A DNA stretch of 60,633 nucleotides, filler included. It is 4 parts of 4 records of this genome, joined end to end, with 100 filler letters (N's around TTAATTAATTAA, not from the genome) between each part and the next. Parts side by side here need not be neighbours in the genome. Positions count along the whole stretch, not along the records: positions 1 to 22,710 come from DRR723986_6338; positions 22,811 to 29,623 come from DRR723986_6345; 2 more parts are not named here. One strand, written 5' to 3'. Of this stretch, positions 19,252 through 27,094 are shown in pieces. The translations under genes and the position numbers were made by a program. Each line of letters starts with the position of its first letter. Positions within the stretch are counted from its first letter, which is position 1. The notes beneath the pieces are model-generated. The model worked only from the letters and a program-made list of their open reading frames with translations, made no database searches and was not told the origin of the DNA.

Positions 19252-19377
19252 TTATGCCGCTTTCTTGAGCTTCTTTTTCAGGCTCTTCAGCTTGCCTTCC
19301 TGCTTGGCGATCTTCGCCTTACGGGCTTTGATTTCTTTTTTCAGGCTGGTTACTTTCTTCGTAGTTTTCTTGGCCAT
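19252..19377 (-). CDS. 41-aa lysine-rich small protein (absent from ORF track)
   Basis: MAKKTTKKVTSLKKEIKARKAKIAKQEGKLKSLKKKLKKAA; SD AGGAG 6 nt upstream of ATG; downstream hairpin 19211-19233 and terminator. Confidence 0.8.
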   Translation of the reverse strand: MAKKTTKKVTSLKKEIKARKAKIAKQEGKLKSLKKKLKKAA

Positions 19378-19414
19378 GATTCACTCCTGGTGTGTGATTG
19401 CTCGATTACCGCCC

Positions 19415-19615
19415 TCAGTCGTCCTTATGGGTTCGCACGAAGTTGCGTATGAACTTTCGTACCTCTCTGGCGGCACTGGTATCCAGCTCTTCACACAATG
19501 AAATGAATTCATCGCGCTCTGCACTGTTGATCCGAATCAGTAGCTGAGAGTCTTTTTTCCCTGCCTTTTTCTTGCGTGGCTTCAACTGCTTTTCGGAAAT
19601 ACTATCGGCTGCCAT
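19415..19615 (-). CDS. small ribbon-helix-helix-like DNA-binding protein
   Basis: Basic N-tail, then SQLLIRIN (strand), AERDEFISLCEEL (helix), SAAREVRKFIRNFV (helix). Confidence 0.65.
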   Translation of the reverse strand: MAADSISEKQLKPRKKKAGKKDSQLLIRINSAERDEFISLCEELDTSAAREVRKFIRNFVRTHKDD

Positions 19616-19645
19616 GGGTCATCCACTCACTGAGAACACTTTTAG

Positions 19646-19662
19646 TATATACATTGTATATA
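19646..19662. promoter_or_regulatory. palindromic operator over the RHH-gene promoter
   Basis: Perfect inverted repeat TATATACA-t-TGTATATA overlapping minus-strand -10 TATACT (19649-19644). Confidence 0.6.
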
Positions 19663-19696
19663 GAAAAGATAGACTCAGGCGCCCAAGGTGTCGCAG

Positions 19697-19939
19697 TCAG
19701 ATGTCGTGTTGCTTTCGAAAGCTGTTGATCTCTTCCACGACTTTGCGGGCGACTGTGTAGTGATCCAGGCGATCAAAAAGCCTTCTAAGAATTTCCTTTT
19801 CTTTGTCGTCGACTACGCCGTCTTCCAAAGCTAATCGCTCGATCATGGCGAGCTCTTTTTCGTCTATGGTGTCGTCGTTGGCGAAGACCACCAGGAAGGA
19901 ATACCCCACTAGTTCTTTTGCCCGTGATTTCTCTGTCAT
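19697..19939 (-). CDS. small acidic TerB-like hypothetical protein
   Basis: ANDDTIDEKE and EDGVVDDKEKE motifs resemble the repeated DG-x-x-D-x-x-E motif of the TerB fold. Confidence 0.55.
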   Translation of the reverse strand: MTEKSRAKELVGYSFLVVFANDDTIDEKELAMIERLALEDGVVDDKEKEILRRLFDRLDHYTVARKVVEEINSFRKQHDI

Positions 19940-19960
19940 AACGTCACCCTATCTGATGCG

Positions 19961-20185
19961 TCATAAATGCCCAGCAGGCAACGCCAAGAGCATTTCCAGG
20001 TATCGCCTGGCTGCATATTCGCTTTCCGATTGATACAGCGGTTCCTCACCAGGTATGCGTACCTCGTATCGAAAGGGTCGGCAAAAGCCGCTCGGCTCTT
20101 TGAAGCTTAGCTCAAGAAGTTCAACCGGTAGTTCTTCACAGGACCAGCAACAACGAATTTCAACGGCTTGGATAGCCTTACTCAT
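19961..20185 (-). CDS. hypothetical protein (74 aa)
   Basis: ORF MSKAIQAVEIRCCWSCEE...; lies downstream of a Pho-like promoter. Confidence 0.55.
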   Translation of the reverse strand: MSKAIQAVEIRCCWSCEELPVELLELSFKEPSGFCRPFRYEVRIPGEEPLYQSESEYAARRYLEMLLALPAGHL

Positions 20186-20294
20186 ACCAGACACATATGC
20201 CCCCAGGTGGATCAGTTGCACTACAAAAGCAACAGAGGGCTCATCCTGAGCAGTACACGCGGATTGCGTTCCGCCTCATCTAGGCGGTGACGGA

Positions 20295-20328
20295 ATTAAA
20301 GCAAGGTGATGTTGCGATGGCGTGACGG
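20295..20328 (-). promoter_or_regulatory. Pho-box-like promoter
   Basis: Minus strand CCGTCAC-gcca-TCGCAAC (20328-20311), 10 bp, -10 TTTAAT (20300-20295). Confidence 0.55.
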
Positions 20329-20332
20329 GGAT

Positions 20333-20392
20333 AAAAAAACCGAGCCCCGGGACAGGGACTCGGCAAACAATCATGATCCTAATCCTGATTGG
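20333..20392 (-). ncRNA. candidate ~60-nt sRNA 1
   Basis: Promoter CTGAAAT-gaaa-TTGAAAC (20432-20415), 10 bp, TACGAT (20404-20399); ends in GC hairpin 20340-20363 plus T7; contains two AGGA motifs. Confidence 0.5.
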
Positions 20393-20447
20393 CCGACAAT
20401 CGTAACCTTCAGCTGTTTCAATTTCATTTCAGGAGAACAGGGTTCAT

Positions 20448-20915
20448 TCACCAATCCTTTTTCTGCTTGAGGAGCTCATTGTTGTAGGGACCAATGGTTT
20501 CGAGCAAAACGGATGATCTTGAAAACTGGCCTCGCCCCCAGGCAATGTCATTTTGCCATTCGTCCTTCAACGCCGATTCAATGGTCCACTGCTTCAGGGA
20601 TGAATAAACAAGCCGCGCCTGTGCCGTAACACGGCTTTCTGTCAGGTTCTGGAATGGGAAGAATTCAAACTTGTCGCACTGAACCAGAAGGGTCGTCTCA
20701 AGAGTACCCGCTGCCAAAAACGACGCATCATAGAGTAGCTGGAAAATGATGGACTCTTTCACTGTGCCCAATGGAGAGCAGGAAAAGGCGTTGAGACGAA
20801 CTGACAGGGAACACTGGCTATCTTCCAGTTCAATGTGCGGCCTCATCCATGGGCCTACGAACGTAGATCTGTGAAACGCCAATAGGGCTCGGTAGTGGTC
20901 CTCTCTGGGGTTCAT
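20448..20915 (-). CDS. PaaI-like hotdog-fold protein (divergent thioesterase)
   Basis: GTVKESIIFQLLYDASFLAA in place of G-x-x-HGG-x-x-x-x-L-x-D; C-terminal IAWGRGQF strand. Confidence 0.6.
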   Translation of the reverse strand: MNPREDHYRALLAFHRSTFVGPWMRPHIELEDSQCSLSVRLNAFSCSPLGTVKESIIFQLLYDASFLAAGTLETTLLVQCDKFEFFPFQNLTESRVTAQARLVYSSLKQWTIESALKDEWQNDIAWGRGQFSRSSVLLETIGPYNNELLKQKKDW

Positions 20916-20970
20916 TTCATTAACCTCAGATCGGGACTGTCAACGTCCTTTTGAACAGACCTTGGGGGAG

Positions 20971-21033
20971 GAAAAACGCCGGGGTTGAACCCCCGGCAAT
21001 GCGAGAGCACCTGGTACTTATCGTACTTCAGGA
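20971..21033 (-). ncRNA. candidate ~63-nt sRNA 2
   Basis: Promoter CTGAAAT-tcgg-TTATAAC (21073-21056), 10 bp, TATAGT (21045-21040); 5' hairpin CCTG-aa-GTAC/GTAC-CAGG; terminator GCCGGGG/CCCCGGC (20978-20997) plus T5. Confidence 0.5.
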
Positions 21034-21083
21034 ACCCTCACTATAGGGTTCTAACGTTATAACCGAATTTCAGGCTACGTTCC

Positions 21084-21341
21084 CTAAGAGACCTTGCGCC
21101 TTTCCCTCATGACCTTCCAGTCTATGACGTTTCCCGCAGAGTCGAAATGGACATAGCCGGCATAACCATCCGCTTCTTCCCAGGTTTTGATAAAGCCAAC
21201 AACCTCGCCGTTCTCTGTGCACATTTCGTAGGACGTTTTACTAGGGTCTATCTGGCGCGCTTGATCGACTTCAGGTTCGACCTCCCGGAGTGTCTGGTCT
21301 TTTTTGAGAGACAAGGTGGTTTCAATCCAATCGGAACTCAT
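21084..21341 (-). CDS. hypothetical protein (85 aa)
   Basis: Clean ORF with SD GAGGT; no family recognised. Confidence 0.65.
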   Translation of the reverse strand: MSSDWIETTLSLKKDQTLREVEPEVDQARQIDPSKTSYEMCTENGEVVGFIKTWEEADGYAGYVHFDSAGNVIDWKVMRERRKVS

Positions 21342-21477
21342 GGGGCACCTCTTTACTGGGTAAGGGACAGCACTTATCTGGCTGTTTATTTTATGCTCAA
21401 TTTAATCGGCTATTTTGATGTGTCTCAAGATGATTTTGGTCTTAAAAATTTATCTGAAATAGCCTGCATTCGGTTGC

Positions 21478-22260
21478 CTAGTAGCCCAGATAACCGTAGC
21501 CGACCGTATCCCGATATTTTTCAATGTGTCGTACATTGATTGCTCGGACAACGCCTTCTGCTTCAAGCTCACTGAAGCACGCATTGAATGCATCACGGTG
21601 TTCTTTTTTACGAAACGAGGCTCTATAGGGCGTCGGGGCAAAAATCGGAATGAACATGACCTTCTGGTGCAAATCAGCCTTATCCGCATAGGTTCGATCC
21701 GCGCGCAAACGGTGGTTAATCTCCGAAAAGATAAGACCATCCGCAAGCACCACATCCACGCGATTCAGAAAGAGCATTCGCGAGTGGATGCGCTGGTCTG
21801 CAAACTCGGAATATGAGGCAAAAAACTCAATGTGAGACTCAATACCCAGCAATTGGGACGCACCGGCAAAGGAAACAACACGCAGCCCTTTTAAATAGCG
21901 AAGATGGTAAGGCTTGATGTTCGTGGACTCCAAAACAGCGGCGCCATTCTGGTAATACACGTAGGGGGTGCTTTCAAAACCTGGTGTTTCCATATCGGGA
22001 GGCACGGTCATTACCGCATCGCCCAGCCCCTCATGAGTGAAATTCCGGAGGTGCCGTTTGAAGGGGTAGAAATGAAAGTGAACATCTATTTCACATCGAT
22101 CCATGACTGCAGCGAATATCTCAATATCGCGCCCAACCGGCCCCTGTTCTGATGTTGCCGGGAGGTAGGGGGCCAGTACGAGAAGTGGCTCTGGCTCTGA
22201 TACTGCATTGGCCTGAGTGGCCAAAGTGCCAATAGCGAACGCCAGAAGTAACCATTTCAT
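21478..22260 (-). CDS. orphan periplasmic substrate-binding protein (family 3, amino-acid type)
   Basis: Signal peptide; GRDIEIF, PFKR, RMLFLNRVDVV, RDAFNACFSELEAEG patterns. Confidence 0.8.
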   Translation of the reverse strand: MKWLLLAFAIGTLATQANAVSEPEPLLVLAPYLPATSEQGPVGRDIEIFAAVMDRCEIDVHFHFYPFKRHLRNFTHEGLGDAVMTVPPDMETPGFESTPYVYYQNGAAVLESTNIKPYHLRYLKGLRVVSFAGASQLLGIESHIEFFASYSEFADQRIHSRMLFLNRVDVVLADGLIFSEINHRLRADRTYADKADLHQKVMFIPIFAPTPYRASFRKKEHRDAFNACFSELEAEGVVRAINVRHIEKYRDTVGYGYLGY

Positions 22261-22347
22261 TTAGATGCCACGTGATTATCGAGAAACTACAACTACTTCC
22301 CTGCAACTAAACTCAAGGTTACCGCTAATTCCATTTCCAGAATCACG

Positions 22348-22381
22348 ATATTACTACATTAGTGTTTCAGCTCTGTGACAG
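22348..22381 (-). promoter_or_regulatory. Pho box promoter of orphan SBP gene
   Basis: Minus strand CTGTCAC-agag-CTGAAAC (22381-22364), 10 bp, -10 TAATAT (22353-22348). Confidence 0.7.
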
Positions 22382-22608
22382 TGACGCGCTCGCCTTGTTT
22401 ACCACACTGATGAATACCTGGCTGGTCACGGTTCTTATCGGTTCGTTCCGCAAAACCGACGGCCCCAACGTGTCCACAAAGTGTCAGCCGTGTTTAGCGT
22501 AGAGGCGCTGGAGGAAAGCCCTGAATGGAATGTTCGCTTTTGTTTAGGTTCGGACAATTTATGATTGCACTACCAAAAAAGACGATGAAATAGACGGTTC
22601 AACGGTTG

Positions 22609-22710
22609 TTAGACAAAGGTGCGTAACTTCACTCCGAGAGGGTTGCATTCCGCGAGGTCCGGGTTCGCTTTAATGCGGGTCCCCATGATGTAGTCGAACC
22701 AGGGACGGGT
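22609..22710 (-). CDS. 3' end of sterol desaturase/fatty-acid hydroxylase family gene (truncated by gap)
   Basis: Reads TRPWFDYIMGTRIKANPDLAECNPLGVKLRTFV*; W-D-x-x-x-GT is the typical C-terminal motif of this family. Confidence 0.55.
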   Translation of the reverse strand, partial: TRPWFDYIMGTRIKANPDLAECNPLGVKLRTFV

Positions 22711-22810
22711 NNNNNNNNNNNNNNNNNNNNNNNNNNNNNNNNNNNNNNNNNNNNTTAATTAATTAANNNNNNNNNNNNNNNNNNNNNNNNNNNNNNNNNN
22801 NNNNNNNNNN
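22711..22810. other. artificial contig linker
   Basis: N-run, TTAATTAATTAA (22755-22766; stops in all frames), N-run. Confidence 0.98.
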
Positions 22811-22811
22811 C

Positions 22812-23006
22812 GCCGCCGCCGAAGACCCGCCCGGCCCGCTATTGGCGCAGCTGAAAATCGGGGGTATCATGGTGGTGCCGGTGGGCCAGTCAGATACGGT
22901 GCAAAGCTTGATCCGCGTGGTGCGCCACGAAAACGGCTTTGACTATGACGAGCTGCGCCCGGTGCGTTTTGTGCCCTTGGTCGAGGGTCTGGGGCGCGAA
23001 GATTGA
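22812..23006 (+). CDS. pcm: protein-L-isoaspartate O-methyltransferase, 3' fragment
   Basis: [25 protein letters not shown]...VRFVPLVEG; classical position upstream of nlpD. Confidence 0.9.
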   Translation, partial: AAAEDPPGPLLAQLKIGGIMVVPVGQSDTVQSLIRVVRHENGFDYDELRPVRFVPLVEGLGRED

Positions 23007-23098
23007 ACCATTTTCAGGGCCAGCTGAGGCGGGCCAGGTGTTATTTAACGTCACAAAGCCCGGGGCGACACCGGGCGCGACACAGAGGATATCGAGAG

Positions 23099-24265
23099 AT
23101 GAGTGCCCAACCAAGCTATCCCACCGCGCATCCCCTGCGCCGAACGGTTTTGGCCTGCACAGCCCTTGGCCTCATGGCGGCCTGCCAAACCCCGCTTGAT
23201 TTCGACATGCGCGGCAATTTCGGCAATGCCCCCTCCACGGCGAATGCGGTGCAAAATATCACCGCCGATCGCCCCCGCCCCGATAATCGCGGCGTTATTT
23301 CCTACCCCGGCTATCAAGTGGCCATCGCGCAGCGCGGCGATACCATTGTCGAGGTGGCCAACCGCGTGGGCGCCGACCCTCAGGCGCTGGCCCGCTTTAA
23401 CGGGCTAGAGCTGGGCGATAAGCTGCGCGGTGGCGAGGTGATCGCGCTGCCCACGCGGGTGGCAGAAAGCGGCGCCGCTGCGGGCACGGTTGATATTCAA
23501 TCCATGGCGGGCCAGGCGCTGGATCGCGCCCAGCCTGCAGCCAACGGTGCCAGCGCCGCCCCCGCGCCCGCCGCCGAACCTGTGCGCCACAAGGTGGCCC
23601 GCGGCGAAACCGCCTATACGATTGCAAGGCTTTATAACGTCTCGGTGCGCTCTTTGGCCGAATGGAACGGCCTTGGCGCTGATCTGTCAGTGCGCGAGGG
23701 GCAATATCTGCTGATCCCCACCAGCCTTGGCGCACAAGAGGTGGCGACATCACGGCTGGCGGCCGCAGCGCCGGCGGCGCCCGGGCAAGGCAGCGCAACG
23801 CCCGTGCCCCCATCGGCGGCCAAACCCCTGCCGCGCAACGAAACCGCGGCAAGCACGGCACCAAAGCCCGCCCAAAACGTGGCACCTGATTTGGGCAAAA
23901 CCCAAACCATCACCGGCGGCAAGCTGGCCATGCCGCTGGATGGCACGATCATCCGCGAATATGCAAAGGGCAAATCGGATGGCATCGACATCAAAGGCGC
24001 GGCAGGCGCCGTGGTGCGCGCCGCCGATGCGGGCACGGTGGCGGCCATCACCCAAGACGCAGATCAAACCCCGATCATTGTGATCCGGCATGCCGACAAT
24101 CTGCTGACGGTCTATGCCAATGTCGATAACATCACCGTGCGCAAAGGCGCGAATGTGGCCCGTGGCCAAGGCATTGCCAAGCTGCGCAGTGGCGATGCAA
24201 GTTTCCTGCATTTCGAGGTGCGCAAAGGCTTCGACAGCGTCGATCCCATGCCCTATCTGCGCTAA
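23099..24265 (+). CDS. nlpD: LysM/M23 lipoprotein, NlpD-like, degenerate Zn site
   Basis: Lipobox LMAAC; two LysM domains; M23 domain SDGIDI...TVYAN...LHFEVR. Confidence 0.85.
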   Translation: MSAQPSYPTAHPLRRTVLACTALGLMAACQTPLDFDMRGNFGNAPSTANAVQNITADRPRPDNRGVISYPGYQVAIAQRGDTIVEVANRVGADPQALARFNGLELGDKLRGGEVIALPTRVAESGAAAGTVDIQSMAGQALDRAQPAANGASAAPAPAAEPVRHKVARGETAYTIARLYNVSVRSLAEWNGLGADLSVREGQYLLIPTSLGAQEVATSRLAAAAPAAPGQGSATPVPPSAAKPLPRNETAASTAPKPAQNVAPDLGKTQTITGGKLAMPLDGTIIREYAKGKSDGIDIKGAAGAVVRAADAGTVAAITQDADQTPIIVIRHADNLLTVYANVDNITVRKGANVARGQGIAKLRSGDASFLHFEVRKGFDSVDPMPYLR

Positions 24266-25239
24266 CCGCGCGACGCGCCTGCGCTGTTGGGGCGCAGGGC
24301 GCTGGCCGAAACCAGGGCCAAGCCCAGAAAGATCAGCAGTGCGCCCGCCGCTTTGGGCGCGCTCAGCGCCTCGCCCACAACGGCCACGGCCAAAACCCAT
24401 GCGGTGACAGGCTCGGCCAGGGCCAGGGTGACCGCGCCCGAGGCGCTGATGCGGGTCAGCCCCCAGGTATAAAGCGCATAGGCCAGCCCCGTGGCGCCAA
24501 GGCCCAAAAACACCACGCCCGCCCAGGCCTGCACGCCCACCAACCAGCCCAAGGGCAGCACCAGCAAAACCGGCGCGCAGATCAGCGCAGCGACACAGAA
24601 TGTGGCCGCAGCCAGGGTGGTGCTGGGCGCGCTGTGGCTGATGCGGCTGGTGGCCAGCGAATAGGCGGCATAGCACGCCCCCGCTGCCGCCGACAGCGCC
24701 ACGCCCGCCCAAACCGATGGCCCGCCCACAGTGTCGCCGCCTGTGCCGGCATCAGCGCTGCCCCCGGCCCATGCCAAAAGGCACACCCCGCTTATGGCGC
24801 AGAGCTGGCCCAAGGCCAGCCAGCGCTTGGGCAAACGGCCGGTGCGCAGCGCCTCAAAGGCGGTGGCCCAAATCGGTGCACTGCCAATGGTAATAGCTGT
24901 GCCAACCCCCACGCCAGCCAGGCTAACGGCCCAAAAAAACAACAGGTTATAGCCCGCAATGCATGTGCCGGCAAAGGTGATGCCCCCCCAAGGCAAGGCG
25001 CCAAGGCCCGCGCGCATGCGTGGCTGGGCCTGCGCCAAAACCACCAGCGCCAACGCCCCAAAGGCCAAACGCAAGGCCCCCACCACCAAAGGCTCGCGCG
25101 TGGGGGGCAGCAGGGCGGCGGTGGTGCCGGTGGTGCCCCAAAGCATGGCCGCGAAAATCACCGCAGCCACCCCCAATGCCTGTTTTTGCGCCACAGCCAA
25201 CCCATCCTTTTGCCCAAACCACCGGCAGGCGCCGGCCAT
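24262..25239 (-). CDS. DMT/EamA family transporter
   Basis: AAMLWGTTG, LAEPVTA, about 10 TM segments; true start probably ~50 nt downstream. Confidence 0.85.
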   Translation of the reverse strand: MAGACRWFGQKDGLAVAQKQALGVAAVIFAAMLWGTTGTTAALLPPTREPLVVGALRLAFGALALVVLAQAQPRMRAGLGALPWGGITFAGTCIAGYNLLFFWAVSLAGVGVGTAITIGSAPIWATAFEALRTGRLPKRWLALGQLCAISGVCLLAWAGGSADAGTGGDTVGGPSVWAGVALSAAAGACYAAYSLATSRISHSAPSTTLAAATFCVAALICAPVLLVLPLGWLVGVQAWAGVVFLGLGATGLAYALYTWGLTRISASGAVTLALAEPVTAWVLAVAVVGEALSAPKAAGALLIFLGLALVSASALRPNSAGASRG

Positions 25240-25400
25240 TCATAGCCCTTTCAGGCAGAAACTTGCCCGTTTCAAGCCGCTTTCGCACACAAATTTCGAC
25301 ATCGCGGCGCTTTGGTGCTTCCATGTGCCGGGCGAGACCATTAGATAACTAGTCTGACAGTGACGGGGTTCTTACGGACCCTGACAAAGGGAGAGATACA

Positions 25401-25616
25401 ATGCTTAACAATATCGGCCTTCCCGGCCTTCTGTTGATTGCCGTCGTGGTGCTGGTGCTGTTTGGCCGCGGCAAAATCAGCTCGCTTATGGGCGAGGTTG
25501 GCAAAGGCATCACCGCATTCAAAAAAGGTGTGAAAGACGGCAGCGAAGAAATCGCCGACCAGACCGCCACCCAAGCCAAAGACGTGACGCCCGAAACCGA
25601 GAAGGACAAGGCGTAA
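25401..25616 (+). CDS. tatA: Tat translocase subunit TatA
   Basis: TM, then [23 protein letters not shown]. Confidence 0.97.
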   Translation: MLNNIGLPGLLLIAVVVLVLFGRGKISSLMGEVGKGITAFKKGVKDGSEEIADQTATQAKDVTPETEKDKA

Positions 25617-25619
25617 GCC

Positions 25620-26090
25620 ATGTTCGATCTTGGCTGGGGCGAGCTGCTGCTCATCGGGATTGTCGCGCTGATCGTGGTGGGCCCAAAAGACCTGCCCGGC
25701 CTGTTCCGCTCGATCGGGCAGTTTGTGGGCAAGGCCAAAGGCATGGCGCGCGAATTTGGCCGTGCCATGGACCAGGCCGCCACAGATGCGGGCGTGAAAG
25801 ACGTGCAAAACACCATCAAGGCCGCCACCAACCCGGTGGGCACGGCCATGGATGGGGTGAAAGATGCGGCGCGCAGCTTGTCCAGTTTTGATCCAAACAG
25901 CGAAACCGGCAAATTGTCGGCCGAGCGTGAGGACGCCAAAAAGAAAATTCAGGCCAAGACAGCCCGTGTCACAGCCGAACGTCTGCAACGCGAGGCGCAA
26001 GAGGCCCTGGCCAAGGCCGAAGCCGCCGAAGCCGCGCTGGCAGACAAACCGGCGGCCCCTGCCGCCAGCACCCCCAAGGACGCTGAATGA
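25620..26090 (+). CDS. tatB: Tat translocase subunit TatB
   Basis: [26 protein letters not shown]. Confidence 0.97.
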   Translation: MFDLGWGELLLIGIVALIVVGPKDLPGLFRSIGQFVGKAKGMAREFGRAMDQAATDAGVKDVQNTIKAATNPVGTAMDGVKDAARSLSSFDPNSETGKLSAEREDAKKKIQAKTARVTAERLQREAQEALAKAEAAEAALADKPAAPAASTPKDAE

Positions 26091-27094
26091 GCAAGACCGA
26101 AGAGATCGAAGACAGCTCGGCCCCGTTGATCGAGCATCTGGCCGAGCTGCGCACAAGACTGATCCGCTCGGTTGCGGCGTTTATTGTGGGGATGGTGATT
26201 GCCTTTACCGTGGCCGAACCGATCTTGCAGTTTTTGCTGCACCCGATCGAGGCCACCTTGCGTGATCTGGGCGATCCCTCGCCCACCATGCAATATACCT
26301 CGCCGCAGGAATATCTGTTCACGCTGTTTCGCATCTCCATGGTCTTTGGCTTTGCGCTGGCCTTCCCGGTGATTGGCCATCAAATGTGGCGTTTCGTGGC
26401 GCCTGGCCTTTATCGCAAGGAAAAGAACGCGTTTTTGCCATTTCTTATTGCCTCGCCCGTGATGTTTTTCCTGGGCGCGTCTTTTGCCCATTTTGTCGTC
26501 ACACCGCTGGCCATGGCGTTTTTTCTGGGCTTTGTTGATGTCAGCTCGATCTTTGCCTCGCTGGTGGGCCAGGCCACCACTGGCGGTGCGGCTGGCACCG
26601 TGGCCGCACCCGAAACATCCGAAGGTATTCGCATCACGTTTTTTGGTAAGGTGAACGAAAGTCTTGATATCACGCTGAAATTCATCATCGCCTTTGGCCT
26701 ATGCTTTCAGCTGCCTGTGCTGCTGACGCTGATGGGCAAGGCCGGGCTGGTCAGCCGCGATGGTTTGGCGGGCGTGCGCAAATATGCGATGGTGGGCATT
26801 TTGGTGCTGGCAGCCCTGGTTACGCCGCCCGATGTGATCACCCAAACGATCCTCTTTACCGTGGTCTACGGGCTTTACGAGGTGTCGATCTTCTTGGTGG
26901 GCCGCGTAGAGGCCAAGCGCGAGGCGGAATTGCGCGCCGAAGGGTATTACGACGACGACGAGGATGACAGCCCCACTGCCACCTCTGCCAGCGCTGAAAG
27001 AACCGGCACAGACACCCCGGATGAAGACCCGCTGATCGCGCAAATGGATGCAGAGATTGCCCAGCAAGAGGCCGAGGAAGGCAAGAAAGACTGA
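26087..27094 (+). CDS. tatC: Tat translocase subunit TatC
   Basis: [32 protein letters not shown]; acidic C-tail. Confidence 0.97.
   Translation: MSKTEEIEDSSAPLIEHLAELRTRLIRSVAAFIVGMVIAFTVAEPILQFLLHPIEATLRDLGDPSPTMQYTSPQEYLFTLFRISMVFGFALAFPVIGHQMWRFVAPGLYRKEKNAFLPFLIASPVMFFLGASFAHFVVTPLAMAFFLGFVDVSSIFASLVGQATTGGAAGTVAAPETSEGIRITFFGKVNESLDITLKFIIAFGLCFQLPVLLTLMGKAGLVSRDGLAGVRKYAMVGILVLAALVTPPDVITQTILFTVVYGLYEVSIFLVGRVEAKREAELRAEGYYDDDEDDSPTATSASAERTGTDTPDEDPLIAQMDAEIAQQEAEEGKKD

Noticed and set aside
19151-19501. 116-aa hydrophobic plus-strand ORF
   Set aside because: Antisense shadow of the Lys-rich and RHH genes; it runs through a terminator
20275-20374. 32-aa ORF (MIVCRVPVPG...) starting inside sRNA 1
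   Set aside because: It reads through an intrinsic terminator and the next promoter
22755-22766. TTAATTAATTAA palindrome repeated three times in the window
   Set aside because: Always embedded in N-runs; it is a six-frame-stop assembly linker
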